Assembly: GCA_963676565.1 (NCBI GenBank)
Contig: OY781089.1
Location: 2,272,001 to 2,336,000 of the forward strand
Length of the DNA stretch: 64,000 nucleotides
From: Halarcobacter sp.
GTDB lineage: Bacteria > Campylobacterota > Campylobacteria > Campylobacterales > Arcobacteraceae
Direction: 5' to 3'
Below the pieces are notes generated by a model, which saw only the letters and a program-made list of their open reading frames with translations, did not search any database and was not told the DNA's origin. Positions 10,190-19,593 of the stretch are shown here, piece by piece. A program made the translations under genes and the position numbers. How positions within the stretch are numbered: the first letter of the stretch is position 1; each line of letters starts with the position of its first letter.

Positions 10190-11149
10190 TTAATCCTTTT
10201 TTGTTCTTTTTATTAATAAATACACAAAAAATGGTGCCCCAATAAAAGCAGTTACAACTCCAATAGGAAGGGATGAATCTGTACTTAAATTTCTAGAAAT
10301 CAAGTCACTAAGAACTAAAAAAACTCCCCCATAAAAAAATACAGGAAAAAACAATTTGTCGGCACTTTTTTTATAAATTAGTTTAATTATATGAGGAATC
10401 ACAAGACCAATGAAACCAATAGGACCCACAAAACTAATAGATACACCGACACATAAAGATACTAAAACTAATAGTATAATGTTTAATCTATTTACATTTA
10501 AGCCTTTTAAAAAGGCTGTATCATTAGAGATTAAAAGCAATTTTATATCATTTTTATAAAAATTTATTACAAAATAAAAAAATAAACTTATCAATACCAT
10601 AATAACTGAATTCATATATCCAACTGTATCAAGACTTCCTAAGGTAAAACGTACAATTGAGTAGTTTTCTTGAAGATTACTCATGTAAAAAACCAACATC
10701 AAAGCAGAACCATAAAAATATGATAATGCAATACCAGTAAGAAGTAATGAATTAGTTGAAACTGCAATTGATGATTTATTCATTTGTCTTGAGATATAGT
10801 ATAAAATCATAACTGTTAGTATTGAACCAAAAATTGCAGAAATTGAAATATTTATAAAAGGGAAAAAAACAATAGAAATAGCTGTAAAAAGTGTTGTACC
10901 ACTAGATATCCCTAATGTATAAGGAGTAATAAGTTGGTTTTTAAATACAATTTGAAAAACTAATCCACCTAACGCTAAGATTCCACCAACAAAAAAAGCT
11001 AAAATAATTCTAGGAATTCTTAAATCCCAAAATACTGTATATGTCATAGAATCTTTATAAAATATATTATTAAAATCAAGACTAACTTCACCTAAAAATG
11101 GTGATAATAAAAGCAAAACTATACTTAAAAAGTAAACAAGTTTTTTCAT
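10190..11149 (-). CDS. FecCD/BtuC-family ABC permease
   Basis: LRIPR, PYTLGISSG, GPIGFIGLVIPH, LPIGVVTA.IGAPFF. Confidence 0.9.
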   Translation of the reverse strand: MKKLVYFLSIVLLLLSPFLGEVSLDFNNIFYKDSMTYTVFWDLRIPRIILAFFVGGILALGGLVFQIVFKNQLITPYTLGISSGTTLFTAISIVFFPFINISISAIFGSILTVMILYYISRQMNKSSIAVSTNSLLLTGIALSYFYGSALMLVFYMSNLQENYSIVRFTLGSLDTVGYMNSVIMVLISLFFYFVINFYKNDIKLLLISNDTAFLKGLNVNRLNIILLVLVSLCVGVSISFVGPIGFIGLVIPHIIKLIYKKSADKLFFPVFFYGGVFLVLSDLISRNLSTDSSLPIGVVTAFIGAPFFVYLLIKRTKKD

Positions 11150-11844
11150 AGGTTTACCACCAAATGATTATTTACTTTTTGGATTGATTTATTATAAAAC
11201 TTTTCTAAATTATTGTTTTCAAAAAATTCTTCATTTGAACCAAAAAACTCAATTTTTCCATCTTTTAAAAAAAGTATTTTAAATTTTAAAGCATAAGCCA
11301 AATCCAGATTGTGGGTAATTATAATCTTTTGTTTTAACAAATCTGATTTAAAGATATCATATACATCTTTTAATCTATTGATGTCTAAATTGGCAGTTAA
11401 CTCATCAAAGATTGTAATTTTTGCATTATGTATTATTGCTGAAGATAAAAGAACTAGTTGTTTTTCCCCTGAACTAAAAGATTTACAAAATTTATCTTTT
11501 AATTTTTCCATTTTAAGCAAACTAATGATTTTTAAAACCTTTTCATTATCAACTTTAGAAACAAAAGATAATTCTAGAAACTCTTTAAAAGTGATATATT
11601 CATCAAATATTGTAAGCCCTGGAGGTATGTAATTAATAAATTCTGCTCTCTTTAAATCATCCATTTTAGATATCTCTTCATTATCTAAAAATACTTTATC
11701 ATTTGTAATTAGATTAGATAAAACTTTTGCTAAAGTAGATTTTCCTGCTCCATTTTGTCCTAAGATTATTAGATTTTCATTTTCTTCTAATTTAAATGAG
11801 ATCTCATCTAAAATTGAACTAGTGTAATTTTTTATTTCTAACAT
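11146..11844 (-). CDS. ABC ATPase (BtuD-like)
   Basis: GQNGAGKST, SSGEKQ, FDE, THNL. Confidence 0.88.
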   Translation of the reverse strand: MLEIKNYTSSILDEISFKLEENENLIILGQNGAGKSTLAKVLSNLITNDKVFLDNEEISKMDDLKRAEFINYIPPGLTIFDEYITFKEFLELSFVSKVDNEKVLKIISLLKMEKLKDKFCKSFSSGEKQLVLLSSAIIHNAKITIFDELTANLDINRLKDVYDIFKSDLLKQKIIITHNLDLAYALKFKILFLKDGKIEFFGSNEEFFENNNLEKFYNKSIQKVNNHLVVNL

Positions 11845-12652
11845 TCTGTAAAATCTTTTTAAAATCTTTTATAAAATATATAACCCTATCACTTGGAATT
11901 CCTGCATAAAGCTTATCTACTGCATAAATATTGTTATTTCTTGATGCATTTATAGGTAAATCTTTCCAAGAATCAACTAGTTTCTCTAACTCTTTTATTT
12001 TTCCATCATAAAAAGGAGCTAGTAAAACTATAATATCAGGATTCATCTTTATGATTTTTTCAATATTTACAACTGGTTGCATAGATGATTTAGAAAAATA
12101 GGCATTTTCATTTCCACTAGCTTTAATAATATCTTCGAAATATAAATAGTTTCCAGAAACATAAATTTGTCTATGTAAATCTTTTTTGGGACTTATGACT
12201 ACTAAAATTTTTTTATTTTCAACAATACCACTTAAACTAGTTAAAGAATCGTTTATATCATTGACGATTTTAGAAGCTATTTTATCTTTTTTAAAATAAC
12301 TTCCTAAATCTAAAATAGTATTTTTAATATCATCCAGTGAAGTGGTTTTATATATTTTTGTTTCTATTCCTAGTTTCTTTAAATTACCATTTAACTTTTC
12401 ATCATAATTTTGACCAATAACCACAGTTGGCTTTGTACTTAAAATCTTCTCTATTGAAATAGAAGCATAGCCACCAATCTTCATCACACTTTTTGTTTCC
12501 TCAGGATAGGAACAATGTTTTGTATTTGCAACAACACTATTTCCCATATCTAAAGCATATACTATTTCATTTATCGACGGAGCTAATGTTACAATTCTCT
12601 CTTGAGCGAATAAAGTTAACCCAAGTAATAAAAAAGAAACTATTTTTTTCAT
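11819..12652 (-). CDS. periplasmic binding protein (BtuF-like)
   Basis: Signal peptide, RIVTLAPSINEI, NPDII. Confidence 0.85.
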   Translation of the reverse strand: MKKIVSFLLLGLTLFAQERIVTLAPSINEIVYALDMGNSVVANTKHCSYPEETKSVMKIGGYASISIEKILSTKPTVVIGQNYDEKLNGNLKKLGIETKIYKTTSLDDIKNTILDLGSYFKKDKIASKIVNDINDSLTSLSGIVENKKILVVISPKKDLHRQIYVSGNYLYFEDIIKASGNENAYFSKSSMQPVVNIEKIIKMNPDIIVLLAPFYDGKIKELEKLVDSWKDLPINASRNNNIYAVDKLYAGIPSDRVIYFIKDFKKILQNVRNKKLH

Positions 12653-12653
12653 A

Positions 12654-14456
12654 TTAGAATGATGCCTTTATACCTACATAAAATGCTCTTGGACTTGTTG
12701 AATATCCATCAACAGTTTGATAATATTTATCTAATACATTATCGATTTTAAAATAGGCTTTAAAATTTTTGTTTATATCGTAGTTTACAACAGTATTCCA
12801 TAATGTATATTTACCTGTTTGTCTACCTGATTTATCATCACTATTATATCTTTTCCCTACATATTCACCATTTAGATTAAAATGAAAATTTTTAATTCCA
12901 TAATAATCAAGTGACATTTTAAGTGTATCAAAAGGGATTCTTCTTATATATTCGGCATCACTGTTTTTAGCAATAACTCTATCGTATGATAAACTTAATA
13001 TTGTATCAGTTTCTATTGCTTTATTATATGAAATTTCAAAACCTTTAAATGCATTTTCACCACTAAAGTTTGTATATGTTTTAGTTCCAAAATCATAAGC
13101 CAACATATCTTCAATAATCGAATTATATGCAGAGAACTTAATATCTTTATAACGTAAGTTAACATCATATGAAGTTGTACTTTCTGGGTTTAGATCTGTA
13201 TTTCCTGACGATCCATAAAGTTGATTCATTGTTGGTACATTATATCCTGTACTTGCATTTACACTAATATCTAAATCATTAGTAAAGAAATATTTTACAC
13301 CTAACTTTCCAGTTAGTTTATTTTCAAAATCACTATAATCATCATATCTTAAAGCTTGAGTAAAAACTAAATTAGAAAATCTATTTGTATTATTTGCAAA
13401 AAAACCTAAATTTTTATAATTATCATCAACAGGTTTACTTACATTAAACCTTTTAAAATCGGCTCCAAAAACTAAATAAGAGTCTTTATAATAATCAAGT
13501 CTACTTTTTTGTCCTAATTCATGGACATCAGCTTCATAATAATTATTGCTCGTAATTTTGTCATAGTTTCTATCAAAAAATGAATAATTATAATAAACAT
13601 CACTCTCATAATTTTCTGATTTAAAGTTATAACTTGTATTAATCAATTGAGTATCATAATCATATGTTCTTAATGAATCAGCACTCGAAGAATCTGTATT
13701 AACAAAAGAGCTTATTTTTGTATATGAAGTTTTTATTTTATGATTATCATCAATTTTATAGGCAAAATCAACCCCATATGTTTGATTTTCATAAGAGTCA
13801 TCTTCATAATTATCTAAATCTGTCCCATAATCAGAGTAAGCACTAAATGAATCACTTTTAACAAAATTATAATTTGTAGATATATCTATTTTTTCATTAT
13901 TGTAACCTAAGTTGAATCCAAATTTTCTTGTATTAAATGAGCCATACTCTGAATAAAAAGAGAAATTAGAACCTACTTTATTTTTCTTTGTAATAATATT
14001 TATTACACCACCTGTCGCATCTGCTCCCCAAACTCCACTTTGAGCACCTTTAAGAACTTCTATTCTTTCAATACCTTCCATCATAATATGATGAAGAGGT
14101 GAACCATCTTGAGTATTTGAAGGATCATTTAATCTAATACCATCAACTAAAATTAATAATCTAGTAGAATTAATTCCTCTAATATAAATAGTTTTTTTAG
14201 ATCCCAATCCCCCATTTGAATTGAAACTAATACCACTTAATGTAGAGATAGCATCTATAGCATCATTAAAGTGCCGTTCCTCTAATTCTTCTTTTGTAAT
14301 TACTTCAATAGCTGAGGTTACGTCTTGAATTGATTGCTCAGTTTTTGTTGGAGTTGAAACAGTTATACTTGAAATTTGTGCAACTTCATTTGAATATAAA
14401 TTTAATGCACCTATTAAACTTACACATAAACTTATTGATATTTTTTTATTTAGCAT
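12654..14456 (-). CDS. btuB: TonB-dependent receptor, BtuB-like
   Basis: Plug motifs IRG..LILVDG and IERIEVLKGAQSGVWGADA.GGVINIITK; C-terminal F; directly upstream of btuFDC-like genes and cbiA. Confidence 0.75.
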   Translation of the reverse strand: MLNKKISISLCVSLIGALNLYSNEVAQISSITVSTPTKTEQSIQDVTSAIEVITKEELEERHFNDAIDAISTLSGISFNSNGGLGSKKTIYIRGINSTRLLILVDGIRLNDPSNTQDGSPLHHIMMEGIERIEVLKGAQSGVWGADATGGVINIITKKNKVGSNFSFYSEYGSFNTRKFGFNLGYNNEKIDISTNYNFVKSDSFSAYSDYGTDLDNYEDDSYENQTYGVDFAYKIDDNHKIKTSYTKISSFVNTDSSSADSLRTYDYDTQLINTSYNFKSENYESDVYYNYSFFDRNYDKITSNNYYEADVHELGQKSRLDYYKDSYLVFGADFKRFNVSKPVDDNYKNLGFFANNTNRFSNLVFTQALRYDDYSDFENKLTGKLGVKYFFTNDLDISVNASTGYNVPTMNQLYGSSGNTDLNPESTTSYDVNLRYKDIKFSAYNSIIEDMLAYDFGTKTYTNFSGENAFKGFEISYNKAIETDTILSLSYDRVIAKNSDAEYIRRIPFDTLKMSLDYYGIKNFHFNLNGEYVGKRYNSDDKSGRQTGKYTLWNTVVNYDINKNFKAYFKIDNVLDKYYQTVDGYSTSPRAFYVGIKASF

Positions 14457-14487
14457 ATTAATAATTATTCCTATTGATTTATTTTTT

Positions 14488-16395
14488 CTAAAATTTATAC
14501 TTCAAACCAGCGTAATATGTTCTTTCAAAATTTACTGGATATATTTGGTCATCATTTATCCATAAACCATTATCTTCATCAAATATATTTTGAATCTTTC
14601 CAAAAACTTCTAAATTTTTATACTTATAAGTAACACTTAAATCTGTTGAGTTATATGCTTCTTGTTTTTGAGAAAAATTATTTCCAAAATCTTCTGCTGC
14701 ATAAGCTTCACTTCTATAAGTATGAGTTAAAACACCAGAAAATCTTTCTATTTCATAACCTATATTAACTGTAAGATTATGATTTGAAACACCAGGTAAA
14801 TCTTTTCCATCATAAATAGTTCCACTTTCAGTCTCTTCATCAATTTTTGCAATAATATACGAATAATTTAAAGATGTATATAAATTTTTATTAATTAAAT
14901 ATTTATCAAAAATTTCAATACCGTATTTGTGTGATTTATCAATATTTGTATTTTTTTGTGTTGCTCCAACACTATAAAAATAGATTTCGTTTTTTAATTT
15001 TGAATAAAATAAAGATATTTTTAATTTATTGTTATCTTGAATACCTGTATATCCAAAATTAAAGTTTTTAACTTTCGCAGGTTCAATATAACCATTAAAA
15101 GAGCCCCACCAAAAAAGTCTATCTAAATCTGGAGTCTGGTAAGATTTATTAAAATTAGCAAAAAAAGAATTGTTTTCATCTAATTTATAGTTAATTCCTA
15201 AATCTAATGCATTTAAATTAATATCTTTGTTAACACCACCTGCATCTAAAAGATCAAATTTAACTTTTTCATTTCTTAATCCTGAAGAAATAGACAATTG
15301 ATTTGAAACAAAATAATTACCTGTTAAAAATAAAGCTTGATTATCTTTTGTTACAGTGTTAGAAGAAGTTATTCTATCTCCCTCAAAAACATCAATTCCC
15401 ATACTTAAAGAATATATATTTTTATTAACATTAAGTTTTGAATTTAAAGTTTTATAATCATAGTTTGAAGTCCAACCAGAAGAATACATACTTTTTTTAT
15501 CTTCATTACTAAAATTTGTTTCAAAGGAATAATCCCTTAAAAAATCATATTTAAACCCAATATCTGTAACATAAGAACTAAAATATTGTTCCGTATCCCA
15601 ACCAATGGTAGTAGATTGATATGGATTTGACTTATATTGATTTAATGTTAAAGCACCTGCATATTTAATATTCATATCAGAAAAATTTCTTCCAATTTTA
15701 ATCTCTAAATTATCAGTAGGAAAGTAAATAAGGTTTATATTTCTATTTCTACTATAGTTGTCATCTTTTGTACCACTTTGTAAGGTTCTTGAACCATTAG
15801 TAGTTGTATAATCCATATAGGTATTTAAAATTATCTTATCATTATTAAACCCTAAACTTAATGCACCATTTTTTGTTCCATTATTACCAAAGTATGTTTT
15901 AATATAATTTTCATTTTTCCCATTTGTAATAATATTTATTGCACCTGAATTTGCTCCATCACCATATTGGACAGAACCACTACCCTTAACTATCTCAATT
16001 TTTTCAACTGATTCTATTGGAATAGAAGATAAAAGTTGTGTTGTCATATCAATATTATTTAACCTTCTCCCATTTACAGTAACAACTAAATTTTGGTAAC
16101 CATCTGTAATACCATATCCTCGTAAATCAATTTTTTGAGCAAAAGTATTTCCAGCACTAGGAGCTATAACAAGTGAAGTTTGTGAATTTAAAAACTCATA
16201 TATGTCTTTCGATTTTGAACTTTCAATATCTTCTTTAGTGTAAATTTCTGTTGAATACGTCGCATCTTTTTCATTTGTTTCAATTAATGAACTTGAAATA
16301 GTAACGCTTGAGATTTGATTTGTATCATTTGAGTAAAGATTTGTTGCGATTAAAAGCAAAGCAACTGCGCTTGTAGTTAATTTTTTATTTTCCAT
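14488..16395 (-). CDS. TonB-dependent receptor (probable corrinoid or cobalt uptake)
   Basis: IDLRG, IEIVKGSGSVQYG, C-terminal YAGLKYKF. Confidence 0.88.
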   Translation of the reverse strand: MENKKLTTSAVALLLIATNLYSNDTNQISSVTISSSLIETNEKDATYSTEIYTKEDIESSKSKDIYEFLNSQTSLVIAPSAGNTFAQKIDLRGYGITDGYQNLVVTVNGRRLNNIDMTTQLLSSIPIESVEKIEIVKGSGSVQYGDGANSGAINIITNGKNENYIKTYFGNNGTKNGALSLGFNNDKIILNTYMDYTTTNGSRTLQSGTKDDNYSRNRNINLIYFPTDNLEIKIGRNFSDMNIKYAGALTLNQYKSNPYQSTTIGWDTEQYFSSYVTDIGFKYDFLRDYSFETNFSNEDKKSMYSSGWTSNYDYKTLNSKLNVNKNIYSLSMGIDVFEGDRITSSNTVTKDNQALFLTGNYFVSNQLSISSGLRNEKVKFDLLDAGGVNKDINLNALDLGINYKLDENNSFFANFNKSYQTPDLDRLFWWGSFNGYIEPAKVKNFNFGYTGIQDNNKLKISLFYSKLKNEIYFYSVGATQKNTNIDKSHKYGIEIFDKYLINKNLYTSLNYSYIIAKIDEETESGTIYDGKDLPGVSNHNLTVNIGYEIERFSGVLTHTYRSEAYAAEDFGNNFSQKQEAYNSTDLSVTYKYKNLEVFGKIQNIFDEDNGLWINDDQIYPVNFERTYYAGLKYKF

Positions 16396-16418
16396 GTGTA
16401 ATATTTGTCCTATGTTTT

Positions 16419-16604
16419 TTATAAATTATTTGTTGAATATTGTTTAGCTGGTTTTAATTGCGATGATAATAACAGCTTAATGATTTTTGGCATATTTTGA
16501 TTTATTGTAGTTTCAATTGAACTAAATTGCGAGTGCATTTTTCCATTTACAGTTGCACATAAAATACCAAAAAATGAGAAGTAGTTTTTCTTTTTAGTAA
16601 TCAT
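16419..16604 (-). CDS. 61-aa leader/hypothetical ORF upstream of the corrinoid-uptake operon
   Basis: Strong AAGGAGG RBS, TATAAT at 16638-16643 (minus), ends 23 nt before the receptor start. Confidence 0.55.
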   Translation of the reverse strand: MITKKKNYFSFFGILCATVNGKMHSQFSSIETTINQNMPKIIKLLLSSQLKPAKQYSTNNL

Positions 16605-16684
16605 ATTTATCCCCTCCTTTACAAAAATTTTTTGCGGATTATACTAAAAAAGGGATAAAAGTATGAAATTAAGAATTTTTTAAA

Positions 16685-17395
16685 TTATATATGGCAGCTT
16701 AGAATTGATTTATTTGGATCAACAATATACTCATAACCTTGATACATAATATAAAAGCCAAATAAAATTACAAGAATTGAAGCAATATTTATAAATAGAC
16801 TTCTTAATGCCATTTGTTTAAATACTCCAACAAAGAAACCTAAAGAAAACATTGCAGGTAGAGTACTAAGACCAAAAATAAGCATTACAAAAGCTCCCCA
16901 AAGTGGGCTTCCTGTACTAGCTGCTGTAATTGCAAACACATATACAAAACCGCAAGGAAGTAGACCATTAAGCATTCCTAGTAGATAAAAACTAGTCAAA
17001 GTATTTGAACCAATTAAAGATCTAAATGTTTGTTGATAAATAGTAGATTTAGATACAGAATGCTCTAAGGAAGTTAAAAACTTTAGTTTACCACTTAAAG
17101 ATAAACCAACAAGTATCATTAAAACACCTGTTGTTAAAAGTAAAATACCACTTGTCATATTATCAAAAGTAACAACACCGCCTACAAACCCAAATATAAA
17201 TCCAAGTATTACATAAGTAGTTATTCTACCAAAAGAGTATAATACATGGGAGATTGATTGTTTGGTTTTAGTCCACGATGAATCAATTTTTGTACTAGAA
17301 TAAGCGACAACAATTCCTCCACACATGCCAATACAATGACCAAAAGAACCTAAAAAAGCAATTGAAATTATTGTTAGAATACTTACACTTTCCAT
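16685..17395 (-). CDS. DsbD_2 / TauE-SafE-like membrane protein
   Basis: GHCIGMCGG, GRITTY, LNGLLPCG.VY, FGL.TLP. Confidence 0.85.
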   Translation of the reverse strand: MESVSILTIISIAFLGSFGHCIGMCGGIVVAYSSTKIDSSWTKTKQSISHVLYSFGRITTYVILGFIFGFVGGVVTFDNMTSGILLLTTGVLMILVGLSLSGKLKFLTSLEHSVSKSTIYQQTFRSLIGSNTLTSFYLLGMLNGLLPCGFVYVFAITAASTGSPLWGAFVMLIFGLSTLPAMFSLGFFVGVFKQMALRSLFINIASILVILFGFYIMYQGYEYIVDPNKSILSCHI

Positions 17396-17898
17396 TATTT
17401 ACCTAATAGTTTATTTCTAATTAAAGGGTTTGTTAAATTTTCACCTCTATACATTTTGATTATCATTTCATCAAAGTTAATCATACCCTCTTTTTTATTT
17501 TTATAAGCACCAAATCCATATTCCATTGGAGTATTTGAAGTTTTATCATACCAAGCTTTTCTACCATCTATATATTCATTTGTATCATTTGAAAAAACCC
17601 AGATGACTGCATCTTTCTGAAACTCTATATTTTTATACCATAAAGCTAAACAACCTGGATCATCAAAAAACCATGTTCTTCCATCTGGAGCAACTGCTTG
17701 TGCTGAATGTTTATTTGAAGTAATTGTCATACCACATTGGGTATCTTGGAAATGATTTAGGGTAATATCTACTGGTTTGTGTTCATGATTTCCTTCATGG
17801 ATAACAACCATTTGTTTTTGATTTGACATTGATAAAAAAATACCAACAATAATAAATATTAATACAAATATAGTAATAATAGGTAAAAACTTCTTCAT
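17395..17898 (-). CDS. NosL-like membrane-anchored metal-binding protein
   Basis: N-terminal TM helix, DTQCGMTI, FDDPGCL, TPMEYG. Confidence 0.8.
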   Translation of the reverse strand: MKKFLPIITIFVLIFIIVGIFLSMSNQKQMVVIHEGNHEHKPVDITLNHFQDTQCGMTITSNKHSAQAVAPDGRTWFFDDPGCLALWYKNIEFQKDAVIWVFSNDTNEYIDGRKAWYDKTSNTPMEYGFGAYKNKKEGMINFDEMIIKMYRGENLTNPLIRNKLLGK

Positions 17899-17954
17899 TC
17901 AAATTCCTAAAAATAATTGAAATGATATATAAAGCCTCTTGATAACTAGCTAAA

Positions 17955-17983
17955 ATAAAAAAGCCCCATATAAAATGGGGCTT
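17955..17983 (-). terminator. Rho-independent terminator
   Basis: AAGCCCCAT-tttat-ATGGGGCTT followed by a T run on the minus strand. Confidence 0.8.
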
Positions 17984-18037
17984 CAAACACAAAGACTTTG
18001 AGAAAATTAAATTTAGTGTAGGAGGCTAATTTTCTAA
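17955..18037 (-). ncRNA. candidate ~80-nt small RNA with a CCUCCU loop
   Basis: -10 TACTAT (18044-18049), 9-bp stem AGAAAATTA/TAATTTTCT enclosing GCCTCCTACAC, then an intrinsic terminator; no credible ORF. Confidence 0.6.
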
Positions 18038-18043
18038 TATCTA

Positions 18044-18086
18044 ATAGTAACTCTAAAATGTTAATTTTTTGTTAAATCAAGGTTAA
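18044..18086 (-). promoter_or_regulatory. triple TTAAC direct repeat (11-bp period) plus -10 box
   Basis: Plus-strand GTTAA at 18060, 18071 and 18082; 10 nt to TACTAT on the minus strand. Confidence 0.6.
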
Positions 18087-18119
18087 AACAATATAATACA
18101 AAAAAATTTAGGATATAAA

Positions 18120-18887
18120 ATGTCTAATATATTTTCTTGTGGTGAAACAATTAAAGGGTTTAAAGTAAAAGTAGTAAATGAAAATGAAGTAAGAGCAGCT
18201 GCGGGAATTTTGTTTTTATTTGCCATTATCTCATTTTTAAACTCTTGGTTAGTTGGAGATTTTGTTTACACAAAAATTTTTGTTGTAATTTTTTTAGTTG
18301 AATTTGCGATAAGAGTTTTAATAAATCCTAAATTTGCACCAAGTTTAATTTTGAGTAAATTTATAACTAGAGGTCAAAAGCCATTATACACAGGAGCTAT
18401 ACAAAAAAGATGGGCTTGGAGTATAGGTCTAGTTTTAGCAGTTTTAATGCTTAATTTAATAGTTTTAAATGACATAAAAGGACCCTTAAATCTATTTACT
18501 TGTCTATTTTGTTTAATTCTTTTATTTTTTGAAGCAGCATTTGGTATCTGTATTGGTTGTAAGATTTATAAACTTTTCAATAATAACCCCCTTCAAGAAT
18601 GTCCAGATGGAAAATGTGAGATACATCCAATGGAAGAGATTCAAAAAATAAACTTTTTACAATTAATAATAGTAGCTATTTTCTTTGTTTTTATTTATAT
18701 TGTTAGTACAAATATTGTTGAATCAAAAATTGAACTAAATTTACAAAAAGAGCATTCAAAACAAGAAAATAAAATAGAGATATTAAAAGAGAAGACAGAA
18801 GTTGTAAATGATGAATGTCAACCACCACAATGGGCTATAGATATGGGACATGGAGAAAAGTGGAAATTACATCATGGTTGTAAATAA
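18120..18887 (+). CDS. DUF4395-family membrane protein with a Cys/His-rich C-terminal tail
   Basis: NENEVRAAAG, QKRWAW.IG, FEAAFGICIGC. Confidence 0.75.
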   Translation: MSNIFSCGETIKGFKVKVVNENEVRAAAGILFLFAIISFLNSWLVGDFVYTKIFVVIFLVEFAIRVLINPKFAPSLILSKFITRGQKPLYTGAIQKRWAWSIGLVLAVLMLNLIVLNDIKGPLNLFTCLFCLILLFFEAAFGICIGCKIYKLFNNNPLQECPDGKCEIHPMEEIQKINFLQLIIVAIFFVFIYIVSTNIVESKIELNLQKEHSKQENKIEILKEKTEVVNDECQPPQWAIDMGHGEKWKLHHGCK

Positions 18888-18940
18888 TTATGTACCTTTT
18901 AGTTTATTAAGCCTATAATACGCATTTTAAAAGGATTTAA

Positions 18941-19573
18941 ATGGCATTACTTATTTTTGATATGGATGGTACGATTTTAGATAGTGGAACTGCAATTGTA
19001 AACACTATAAATCACGTTAGAGAAGAATTGGGTTTTGAAAGACTAGAGAAAAATTATGCCCTTGAAAAAGTAAATGATCCAAATATAAATGCTTCAAAAT
19101 TTTTCTATGGTACAGATGATTTTACACTACAACAAAAAGAGTTATTTGAAGAGCATTACAATGCAAATTGTTTAAATGGTTTAGAGTTATATGATGGAAT
19201 GGCAAAACTAATTGATGATTTAAATCAAGAGTTTACTTTAACTGTTGCAACAAATGCAAATTCTACTTTTGCAAGAAAAATGCTTGATCATCTTGAAGTT
19301 GGTAAGTATTTTGAAACTATATTAGGTTTTGATTCTGTAAAACAAGCAAAACCTCACCCTGAAATGGTTTATAAAATCCTTGATACACATAATATGAAAA
19401 AAGAAAGAAGTCAATTAATTGGGGATTCACACAAAGATATAATGGCTGCAAATAATGCAGGAATTGATTCAGTTTTAGTAAACTGGGGTTTTTCAAATCA
19501 CGATAAAGATGCAATTTCAACGATTGAAGAATTAGAAAAAAAGATTTTTGAAAAGTTCAGTAAGCTTAACTAA
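18941..19573 (+). CDS. HAD-family hydrolase (phosphoglycolate phosphatase-like)
   Basis: FDMDGTILDS, KPHP, IGDS..D. Confidence 0.88.
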   Translation: MALLIFDMDGTILDSGTAIVNTINHVREELGFERLEKNYALEKVNDPNINASKFFYGTDDFTLQQKELFEEHYNANCLNGLELYDGMAKLIDDLNQEFTLTVATNANSTFARKMLDHLEVGKYFETILGFDSVKQAKPHPEMVYKILDTHNMKKERSQLIGDSHKDIMAANNAGIDSVLVNWGFSNHDKDAISTIEELEKKIFEKFSKLN

Positions 19574-19593
19574 TTCAAAAATCTTCAAATCTT

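Noticed and set aside
16535..16560. GCAACTGTAA resembling the cobalamin riboswitch core
   Set aside because: The flanking GGGAA, CCCGC, GCCACTG and AGYCAG elements are not visible, so it is not called a riboswitch
17795..17992. 65-aa minus-strand ORF
   Set aside because: Overlaps the NosL-like gene out of frame and runs through a terminator
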